This document shows positions 39,663 to 47,582 of a DNA stretch of 64,000 bases, piece after piece (positions within the stretch are counted from its first letter, which is position 1; every line of letters begins with the position of its first letter). The translations under genes and the position numbers were made by a program. The stretch comes from Candidatus Latescibacterota bacterium (GTDB taxonomy: Bacteria > Latescibacterota > UBA2968 > UBA8231). A model generated the notes under the pieces. The model saw only the letters and a list, made by a program, of their open reading frames with translations. It was not told where the DNA came from and did not search any database. The stretch is from positions 4,608,001 through 4,672,000 of the forward strand of contig OZ242318.1 of NCBI GenBank assembly GCA_965208105.1. The letters are read 5' to 3'.

Positions 39663-40592
39663 TCACTTCCCACCCTGGCCGGGAGAGAATCTCAACAATC
39701 TTTCGGCAAAGTCAGGGTGACGGGAGCACTCTCTTTCAACGTACTCCCGATAGAGCGACACCAGACCAGCCGAATGCTCGTAACCAGCATTGATTTCGAA
39801 CACCTGCAGTGAATCCGCAATCCAGTCCTCCGTTGCCTGCAGGCCGAGAAAGCTCGCCATCCTTTCCAGGGTCTTCTTCCTGTCATCGTACTCGAAGTAG
39901 TGAAAGAACCTGTCCGGATATCTCACCTCCAGGTCCTTGAAACGGATAATTTCATCGAGGACCGATTTGAGGGTGTTTTCAACGCTGGCGCCGGCGTTGG
40001 GGTCCGGAAAGATCCGCGCATGCCCCGTCTTGAAGTTCGAGGCGGCGCAGTCCATGGGGTTTCTGACCGGCATGAGGAACCTGAGCTTGTGATTATCCTT
40101 GAAAATGGTTCTCAGGTCGGTGTCCATTTTCCGCATTCTTTTCGAGGTCCTCAGGGACTCCTTCCAGAATAGAGCTTTGCCGCATTCCTTTGCCGGATTC
40201 ATTCCTCTGCCAGGCAGCAACTCCCTCATTTTCTGGTTATCGGCGAATGCATGAGCGCGGGTGATGGATCCGCCGTAGTTGCCCCGCCTTCCTTTGCGAG
40301 AGATATGAAGAGCGTACTGGACGAAGCGCCCGAAGCGTTCGGCGCTGTAACTGCCGATGAAATCCAGCCTTCGATCTCCGAAAATGCGCCTCCCGGCATG
40401 GTTCAGCACGTGGCAATCGGGGTGCAGAAACAGAAGGGATGCGGTCAAGGTCGTCAGATTCCTGTAAGGACCGAGGGCCAGGCACACGGCCCCTATTGCT
40501 TCCGTCTCGACGGAGCGGGATACGATTAGATCGAACTCCTTAAGAGGTTTGTCCAGGAGTATGGATTTTGCTTGTCCAGCTATTCTCTTCAT
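39663..40592 (-). CDS. Sulfotransferase-like P-loop protein
   Basis: GPYRNLTTL...L.LHP (5'-PSB-like), VRNPMDCAAS (3'-PB), FEY...FLGL. Confidence 0.6.
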   Translation of the reverse strand: MKRIAGQAKSILLDKPLKEFDLIVSRSVETEAIGAVCLALGPYRNLTTLTASLLFLHPDCHVLNHAGRRIFGDRRLDFIGSYSAERFGRFVQYALHISRKGRRGNYGGSITRAHAFADNQKMRELLPGRGMNPAKECGKALFWKESLRTSKRMRKMDTDLRTIFKDNHKLRFLMPVRNPMDCAASNFKTGHARIFPDPNAGASVENTLKSVLDEIIRFKDLEVRYPDRFFHYFEYDDRKKTLERMASFLGLQATEDWIADSLQVFEINAGYEHSAGLVSLYREYVERECSRHPDFAERLLRFSPGQGGK

Positions 40593-40935
40593 CGATCCTG
40601 ATTGATCATGGCTCTTCGCCGGTAAAAATACAGACGGGACGGGCGGCCAGGGGTATATCCGAAGCCTGCCCTTCTCGGCCTGAATTGTTGACTGAAATCT
40701 GCTCCATTTCTATATTCCTTGGCCGCCGGAGATCTTCCGGGCCTGGCCATGGCCGAGGCATCAGCGGGGGTGGCCGACGCGGCAGGTCCAAAAGGTAGTG
40801 AATATAGGGCGCCGGCGCATTGAGCAACAACCCCAGTTTCTCTTCCCATACAGCCTCTTCAGCAAATCAGGGCCGGCGGCTTGTCTGTCCGGACTGTGCT
40901 CGGAGCATAGAGCTGATTTCAGGTAGAAGAACCGC

Positions 40936-41721
40936 ATGAAAGCTCTCATCCTGGTTGCTGGCCAGGGCCGCAGATTGTGGCCTTTCACGAGGGACTGCCC
41001 AAAGTGCCTCCTCTCCATCGGGGGCCGATCCATTCTCGAACAGCAACTGTCCAACCTGGAGAAGGTCGGAATCGGGCAGGTCGTCCTGGTTTGCGGATTC
41101 GGCGTCGAATCGATCCGCCGCGCGGCCGCGGCCTATCAGGGGAACTTGCAGGTCAAGATCGTCTACAACCCTTTCTACGCCGATGCCGACAACCTGATCT
41201 CCCTGTGGGCAGCCCGATGCGAAATGGACCAGGACTTCGTTCTCCTGAACGGCGACAACGTATTCCACCCCCGCATTGTCGAGCTCCTGCTCGAGACCGA
41301 AAAGATGTGCTGCCTGATGATCGACCGAAAATCCTTCTACGACGAAGACGATATGAAGTTGCAGCTGCAGAGGGACCAAATCCTGCGGATCGGCAAATCT
41401 TTGCTCCCCGATTCCGTCAATGCCGAGTCCATCGGCATCATGCAGTTCATCGACGCGGGTGTCGGGGAGCTCAAGCTGGTTCTCGAGGAGGCCGTCCTCG
41501 AAGAGCGGTCCCTCAAGGATTGTTTCCTCAACTGCGTTCAGCGTCTCATCGACCATGGTTTTCCCGTCAACTTCCGCGATATAGGGGGGTTGCCGTGGGC
41601 CGATGTGGACACGCCCGAAGATCTCCGCCAAGTGCGCCGTAACCTTCCAATCTACCAGTCCCAGTTTGCGCATTTCGGCCACACCCGGCCTTTGTATGGA
41701 AAGGCCAGGGGGGGCATATGA
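40936..41721 (+). CDS. NTP transferase, phosphocholine/inositol-phosphate cytidylyltransferase (LicC/IPCT-like)
   Basis: ILVAGQGRRL...PKCLL, LNGD, DMK, ESIGI, WADVDTPEDL. Confidence 0.85.
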   Translation: MKALILVAGQGRRLWPFTRDCPKCLLSIGGRSILEQQLSNLEKVGIGQVVLVCGFGVESIRRAAAAYQGNLQVKIVYNPFYADADNLISLWAARCEMDQDFVLLNGDNVFHPRIVELLLETEKMCCLMIDRKSFYDEDDMKLQLQRDQILRIGKSLLPDSVNAESIGIMQFIDAGVGELKLVLEEAVLEERSLKDCFLNCVQRLIDHGFPVNFRDIGGLPWADVDTPEDLRQVRRNLPIYQSQFAHFGHTRPLYGKARGGI

Positions 41722-43157
41722 TCCGCCAGGGGATTCTGGTCTTCGAGAACACCCCTCAGGGTGCCCGGAGCGCAGGTCTTCGGGTAGCCGGTCTCTCCCT
41801 TTTGGAGCGGCACATCCGCACCCTGGCGCGGGCCGGGATTCAGCGGCTTCTGGTCCTCGCGCCCGCCTCCATGAATCTCGAGCTCAGCAAGTTTGTCGAA
41901 AAACTCGACATAAGTGTCGAGCGTCTCACCTGGGGTGGGAGGCTGGCCCCGGCGCTGAATACCGCTGAAGACTGCCTGGTTCTCTGCGGCGACTACGTCC
42001 ATCATCACTCCTCGCTCAGCGCCCTGCTCGAGGGTGGATTGAAGGGCTTTGACCTCGTCGCCCAGGCCGCGGGCGAGCCCCCTCAGGACGGGGTATTCCA
42101 GACCGTATCCACTTCCTCCGGATCGGCGGATTTCTCCGAGGCGAAATCCTCCTCATCCAGCGTAAGTTCGGGGGCATTCCTCTGCGCCGCGGACCTGTTC
42201 TCGCCTGCCCAGCTCGGCGCTGCTTCAGGGAGTCTTCAGGATTTCCTGAAGAACAGAACCAGGGGGCGCAAAATCGAGGTGCGAAGTTCCACTCCGGCGC
42301 TCTGGCGCAGGGTGTGGGACCGCCGCAGCTCGCGCTCCGCCAAGAACATGCTCTTCAGCCAGGTTACCAAGTCCACCAGCGGCTTCGTATCGCGCCACAT
42401 CAATGCCCGCGTTTCCATCCCCACCAGCAAGCTGCTGATAGAGACGGGAATCTCGCCCCACGCCACGACCATCCTCCTGGTGCTCACCACGGGTCTGGCC
42501 AGCGCCTATCTGGTTACGCGCCCGGATGAATATATCATGCTGGCTCTGGCCGGCATTCTATGGCAATTCGCCGCTATTTTCGACCGCTGCGACGGAGAGA
42601 TCGCCCGGGTCAAGCTGTGCGAGTCGAATTTCGGCGCCTGGTTCGATACCATAACCGACAACATCGCCTACGTATGCGCCTACGTCGGCCTTATGATCGG
42701 CATGCACCGGCTCTACCCGGAGACAACCTTCTACGTTTACCTGGGAGCCGTGGCCGCCGGCGAGCTCATTCTGTGCCTCGCCTTTGCCTATGGTTACGCG
42801 ATCAAAATCGGAAACGGCAGCCTGCAGCACTACCTGATGGATTCCATCCACAACGTTCCGGCCTCGGAGAAGGGACCGGTTCACAGATTCATGGAACGTC
42901 ATGGATTTATAGCGAAGCGCGATTTCTTCTCCTTCTTCTTCTTCCTGGCCGCCATTGCCAACTGCGTCCAGTTGATTTACTGGTTTCTCATCGTCGGGCT
43001 TCACCTGCTCGTCATCGGCATGCTCATATTGCACAAGAAAGTTGTGCGGGCAGGGAAAGAAACACCGGAGTCGCACCAAATTGGAGAACCCGCGGAAGAT
43101 GCCCTGCCTGTCCTCGATTCCCTCCAGGCCCCTCCTCCGTCCGTCGAGGACAGGTAA
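41718..43157 (+). CDS. CDP-alcohol phosphotransferase with N-terminal degenerate NTP-transferase domain
   Basis: DRCDGEIAR......FGAWFDTITD signature; N-terminal VAGLSLLERHIRTLARAGI; ATGA overlap. Confidence 0.85.
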   Translation: MIRQGILVFENTPQGARSAGLRVAGLSLLERHIRTLARAGIQRLLVLAPASMNLELSKFVEKLDISVERLTWGGRLAPALNTAEDCLVLCGDYVHHHSSLSALLEGGLKGFDLVAQAAGEPPQDGVFQTVSTSSGSADFSEAKSSSSSVSSGAFLCAADLFSPAQLGAASGSLQDFLKNRTRGRKIEVRSSTPALWRRVWDRRSSRSAKNMLFSQVTKSTSGFVSRHINARVSIPTSKLLIETGISPHATTILLVLTTGLASAYLVTRPDEYIMLALAGILWQFAAIFDRCDGEIARVKLCESNFGAWFDTITDNIAYVCAYVGLMIGMHRLYPETTFYVYLGAVAAGELILCLAFAYGYAIKIGNGSLQHYLMDSIHNVPASEKGPVHRFMERHGFIAKRDFFSFFFFLAAIANCVQLIYWFLIVGLHLLVIGMLILHKKVVRAGKETPESHQIGEPAEDALPVLDSLQAPPPSVEDR

Positions 43158-44209
43158 TGAAATTCTTGAAGCTCGCCTTGCCGGGTCTGGGCCTTCTTTT
43201 CCTGGGCTATCTGATTGGCAAGTTGGGACCCGACGAAATCCTGCGCAATTTCATCATCATGAAGTGGTCCTTCCCCTTCATATTGATAATTGCCTTGACC
43301 TGGCACATCACCAACTCCATCGCATGGAGCTTTGCATTCCCTCCTGGCGCCTTCAAGCCCCCCTGGCACCGTCTTTTCATGGCAAAATTGGCCGGGGAAT
43401 CAGTAAATCAGCTGACCCCTCTGGCCAACCTCGGCGGTGAGCCTCTGAAGGCCTATTTGCTCAAACGCGAATCACCCTCTTCCCTGGGGCTGGCATCGGT
43501 CATAGTCAACAAGACCGCTCAGATAATTACCGGCCTGCTCTTTACTACCCTGGGGCTCTTTCTCGTCGTCGTCTATAATTTAAAATTGCCGAAGGCCATT
43601 CCCCTCCCCATCCAGATCGGGCTCGTGGTTCTTCTTGCGATAGGGGTTCTTCTCATCTGGCTGCTCTACAAAAAGCAGAAGCGGCTGTTTTCCTCCCTTC
43701 GCATCATGTTGCGGAGAATCGGGGTCAACACTCGTTTCCTGGAGAAGAAGGTGGCCAGGGCAGTGAGTATCGACACCAATATCAGCCGCTACTACAGCGA
43801 TTACAAAGGACGTTTTTTCCTGGTCTTGTTCTTTCATGCCATCGGTTGGCTCCTGGGCGCCTGTGAGACCTATGTCATCCTGAGAGCTCTGGACGCCGGC
43901 GCGGAATTCGAAGTGGCCTTCCTCATCACCGCGCTGGCCGTTATCATCAACAGCCTGTTTTTCTTCATGCCTTCCAATATCGGCGTCCTCGAAGGAGGAC
44001 AGGTTTTTCTCTTTTTGACCCTGGGCCTGAATCCTGCAATGGGCCTGTCGCTGGGAATAATCAAGCGCATGCGCAAGGTCTTCTGGATCTCGGTGGGATG
44101 GTTTTTTCTCACCCGTCTGAGCAGGAACCTGCTGGAGGCGGAGGTCTCCGAACAGAGCAGGACGGCTCCGCCGGCCAAGCAGGCCGAGTCCATCCTGAGA
44201 TATCGCTGA
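43157..44209 (+). CDS. Lysylphosphatidylglycerol-synthase TM / flippase-like protein (HpnL-like)
   Basis: GESVNQLTP...GGEPLKAY, FFMPSNIGVLEGG, KRMRK; TAATG overlap. Confidence 0.8.
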   Translation: MKFLKLALPGLGLLFLGYLIGKLGPDEILRNFIIMKWSFPFILIIALTWHITNSIAWSFAFPPGAFKPPWHRLFMAKLAGESVNQLTPLANLGGEPLKAYLLKRESPSSLGLASVIVNKTAQIITGLLFTTLGLFLVVVYNLKLPKAIPLPIQIGLVVLLAIGVLLIWLLYKKQKRLFSSLRIMLRRIGVNTRFLEKKVARAVSIDTNISRYYSDYKGRFFLVLFFHAIGWLLGACETYVILRALDAGAEFEVAFLITALAVIINSLFFFMPSNIGVLEGGQVFLFLTLGLNPAMGLSLGIIKRMRKVFWISVGWFFLTRLSRNLLEAEVSEQSRTAPPAKQAESILRYR

Positions 44210-44210
44210 A

Positions 44211-45557
44211 ATGGCAACGATTGCGGCACCTGTCTCATGGATTCTTGGACTTTCGTTCGGAGTGATCTTCCTGGCATCCGCAGGGGCTCAACCTCGCAAG
44301 CACAGCCTGCAGGAACTCATCGGCAAGGCCCTGAGTCTCAATGCCGAAATTGACGCCGTGCAGTGGCGGCTGGAAAGGGCATCGGCGCGCAAGCGGCAAG
44401 CGCAGGGAGCCCGTATCCTGCCCCGCCTTCGCCTGGAGAGCGAAAGCGGCATGGTTCCCGAGGCCCGTGGAGACATTCTCAATCCCCCCGCCGACACCAT
44501 GGGCATCAGGCCCCTCGGGCCATTCAACCGCACCGAACTCGAATTCGTCCAGCCCCTGTACGCCTTCGGGAAATTCACCAACCTGATGCGTGCGGTCGAA
44601 GCGGGAATTTCCGTCGAAGAAGCGGCTTTGAAGGAGAAACGGCTGGAGGTCGCCTTGACGACCAAAAGCTTTTACTACGGGGTCCTGCTGTCCAAGGATC
44701 TGCGCCAGTTGGCGGACGAGCTGTACAGGGAGCTGACAGAAAGACAGAAGAAGATTGCCGACGATCCGACTGTCCCCCTGTCCAGCCTGTACAAGTTGAA
44801 GTTGGCTCTCCTTGAATTGGAGCGGCAGAAGCGCGAGGCCGCCTTGCAGGAGGACCTGGCTCGCGCAGCTCTGCTCTGGACCGTGGGATTGTCCGAGGGC
44901 GAGCCCCTGGAGTTGGAGGAGGAGTGGCTCGAACCCGCCAGGGCGGTGGTGCCGCCCCTGGAGACCTTGACCGAGCAGGCCCTCGCGGTCCGTCCCGACT
45001 GGCAGGGACTACAGGCCGGGATCAGGGCCAAGAAGGCTCTCAGGGAGGCCGCCCGAAGTGAGTACTATCCCCAGATTTTTCTGGCGGGGGGCCTGCGCTA
45101 TGCGGTCGCACCCCACCGCACCGACCAGCGCAATCCCTTTGTCAAGGATGGGTTCAACTACTTCAACGGCGGCGTATTCATCGGTATGCGCCAATCCTTC
45201 GAATGGGGACTGCTCGGAGGCAAACTGGACCAGGCCCGCGCCGAATTCCAGGAACTCAAGGCCAGAGAAAGGGGCGTCCTTCAGGCCATCCGGCTCGATG
45301 TAAAACGCGCCTATGGTGACTATCGCAATGCTGACGACGCCCTGAGCACGGAGTCTGAAAAGCGGAAGGTGACGCGACAGTGGCTCAAGCAGGCCAAGGA
45401 AGAGTACGATTTCGACCCTGGAGAACTGAAGGAACTGATCAGCGCATTCGAGGAGTGGGCGCAGACCGAGAAGAGCTACCGCACGGCCGTATATGATTTC
45501 AACCTGAGCCTTGCCCGCCTGGAAAAGATTGCGGGGGGCGTTCCTTTGAGCGAATAG
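44211..45557 (+). CDS. TolC family outer membrane protein
   Basis: Signal peptide; two OEP repeats (LPRL...QPLYAFG; RPD, YYPQI); long amphipathic helices. Confidence 0.8.
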   Translation: MATIAAPVSWILGLSFGVIFLASAGAQPRKHSLQELIGKALSLNAEIDAVQWRLERASARKRQAQGARILPRLRLESESGMVPEARGDILNPPADTMGIRPLGPFNRTELEFVQPLYAFGKFTNLMRAVEAGISVEEAALKEKRLEVALTTKSFYYGVLLSKDLRQLADELYRELTERQKKIADDPTVPLSSLYKLKLALLELERQKREAALQEDLARAALLWTVGLSEGEPLELEEEWLEPARAVVPPLETLTEQALAVRPDWQGLQAGIRAKKALREAARSEYYPQIFLAGGLRYAVAPHRTDQRNPFVKDGFNYFNGGVFIGMRQSFEWGLLGGKLDQARAEFQELKARERGVLQAIRLDVKRAYGDYRNADDALSTESEKRKVTRQWLKQAKEEYDFDPGELKELISAFEEWAQTEKSYRTAVYDFNLSLARLEKIAGGVPLSE

Positions 45558-45559
45558 CG

Positions 45560-46930
45560 ATGGCGAGGCGACGTCTGAGGTTGTTCGGTTTTTTTCTCCT
45601 TTTCCCTTTCCTGGTGTTTCGGGAGGGACGCGCCGCAGCCCAGGGGGAGGGTTATGTCCACGAAGAAGGCCTTCTGCCGCTGGACATAGGGGGGCTGAAC
45701 CATTTCCTGCAGGGTAGCGGCCGAATTCAGGCGCGGGGACTCGACAGCTTGTTGGCCTCCGCCGTCGATTTCGAGCGCTTGAGCATGCGCACTTTCGGGG
45801 ATTATTGCGAAGATTCCCTGACCAACTACGAAGACAGGCTCGATGACGGCGAACTGCGGCAGCTTGTTGGCGGATGCAGGGAGGAGCTGGTCGCGGCCTA
45901 CCGCAAGCGTCTGGTCGCAGATCTCGCCGAGCGTCTGCGCCGACCCATTCCCTACCAGTTGCAGGTGGAAGATTATCAGGTATCCGGGGATGGCGGTCTC
46001 GTACGGCTCAAGGCCACCGCCAGGGAGGACGAGGTCTACCTGCGCTGCCATGTGCGCCGCAGGGAAGGGAAGTGGAGGATAGAAGACCTGGCCATAGGCG
46101 ACCGGCTGGTGAGCCGGAGGTACCGGGATGATTTTGGCGAAATCCTGGAAGAAGAATACTCGTTGCCAGTACTGATTGCTCATTTGGACCGCCGGCCCTA
46201 TCTCGTCCTGGAAGATTTTTCCAGTGCCCGGGCAGGACAGTTGCCCAAAGGATGGAAGTGGCGCAAAAGGGACGAGAAGAAGCCGAAACCCTATCTCGTC
46301 GAGCAAATCAACGGCAATCATTACCTGGCCGCCCAGGATACCGGCAGTTCCGTGATCATGCTCAAGTTCTCCCATTGGAACCCACGCGAATACCCGATCC
46401 TGACCTGGTGCTGGCGCGTCGATGTCCTGCCTTCAGGAGGCGACGAACGCCATGGCCGCACCAACGACAGCGCCGCCGGACTCTACGTGAATTTCTCGAT
46501 GAACTGGATAGGAATCCCCAAATATATCAAGTATGTTTGGAGCTCGACCCTGCCTGTCGGGACGGTGGGTAGACGCAAGAGAATCGCCCGGCCATGGTTT
46601 TTTGTTGTCGAAAGTGGAGAGGAAAACCTGGGGAGTTGGATATTCGAACAGACCGATCTCTACAAGGATTACCAGCGCGTCTACGACGGCAAACTCACAG
46701 ACCGCACCATCGGCCTGGGGATTCTTACCGATGCCAACAATACCGGTTCGCGCGCCGAGGCTTCTTACGCCGACGTCAGAGTGTGGACCAGGGAGGCGGA
46801 GAAAAAGGGACTGATCGAAGACTACTGCCGCTGTTTCGAGGGGGGCAATGAGGGGGGTGAGTCTGCCTGGCCGCACGGGAGGACGTTCTTTTCTGTCGAA
46901 GAATATGCCGAAGGAAGGGATCGAAATTGA
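45560..46930 (+). CDS. MlaC/Ttg2D-like domain fused to DUF3047
   Basis: N-terminal VDFERLS...WRIEDL...LVSRRYR; C-terminal PILTWCWR, GDE...DSAA, YVWS, VVESG, ILTDANNT. Confidence 0.7.
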   Translation: MARRRLRLFGFFLLFPFLVFREGRAAAQGEGYVHEEGLLPLDIGGLNHFLQGSGRIQARGLDSLLASAVDFERLSMRTFGDYCEDSLTNYEDRLDDGELRQLVGGCREELVAAYRKRLVADLAERLRRPIPYQLQVEDYQVSGDGGLVRLKATAREDEVYLRCHVRRREGKWRIEDLAIGDRLVSRRYRDDFGEILEEEYSLPVLIAHLDRRPYLVLEDFSSARAGQLPKGWKWRKRDEKKPKPYLVEQINGNHYLAAQDTGSSVIMLKFSHWNPREYPILTWCWRVDVLPSGGDERHGRTNDSAAGLYVNFSMNWIGIPKYIKYVWSSTLPVGTVGRRKRIARPWFFVVESGEENLGSWIFEQTDLYKDYQRVYDGKLTDRTIGLGILTDANNTGSRAEASYADVRVWTREAEKKGLIEDYCRCFEGGNEGGESAWPHGRTFFSVEEYAEGRDRN

Positions 46931-47574
46931 GGCGTCTCCATTTCCATTGCGCAGCCCTCGCGGCTTTGCTGATGCTTCTCTGCGGCCGGCCTCAAGCCCT
47001 GGCCCCGGACAGCACCGGTGCAGCTGGTCGGGGGCAACCGACTCCCATTGCCATGCTCAGGTCCCACGATGCTGCGGTTCGGGCCATACTTGCCCGCTCA
47101 CCCAATGACTCGCTCTCGGCGGAATCGAGCGCCCGGATCAAGCACCATATAAATTCCACTTTCGATTTCAGAGAGTTGAGCAGGTTGTCTCTGGGAACCA
47201 CCTGGGACGAGCTGGACAAGGATGAGCGCGCCGGTTTCGTCGAGGTATTCAGCGGAATTATCGAAGAACAGAACTTCGACAATTTCCTGCGCTACTACCG
47301 GGAGGGGAAGATCGAATACCGGAAAGAGGAAATCGACGGAACCCGGGCTGCCGTCAGTGCCCTGGTGCCGCTGCAGAGAGAAGAGATCGGGATTACCTAC
47401 CTGCTGCACAGGGAAGGAGACGGGTGGCGCGTCTACGACCTCGTCGTTGACGGGGCCAGTACGGCAGAAGGCCACAGGAGGAGGCACGCTCGTTATATCG
47501 AGAAGCATTCGTTCGAGAAGCTCCTTCTTCAACTCAAGAAGCAACTCGGCCGGCTCGAGAATAAGGAAGACTGA
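46927..47574 (+). CDS. MlaC/Ttg2D (HpnM-like) periplasmic lipid-binding protein
   Basis: FDFRELSRLSLG..W and WRVYDLVVDGAS; signal peptide; TTG start overlaps the previous stop. Confidence 0.82.
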   Translation: MRRLHFHCAALAALLMLLCGRPQALAPDSTGAAGRGQPTPIAMLRSHDAAVRAILARSPNDSLSAESSARIKHHINSTFDFRELSRLSLGTTWDELDKDERAGFVEVFSGIIEEQNFDNFLRYYREGKIEYRKEEIDGTRAAVSALVPLQREEIGITYLLHREGDGWRVYDLVVDGASTAEGHRRRHARYIEKHSFEKLLLQLKKQLGRLENKED

Positions 47575-47582
47575 TTGGCTCG

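Noticed and set aside
40589-40849. 86-aa minus-strand ORF in the divergent promoter region
   Set aside because: No recognisable motif or clear RBS; cannot be supported.
42560-43156. N-terminal ORF-track extensions (also 27570-27869, 1541-1882, 4439-4579, 59408-59566)
   Set aside because: They overlap upstream genes or non-coding elements; better starts with RBS or translational coupling lie downstream.
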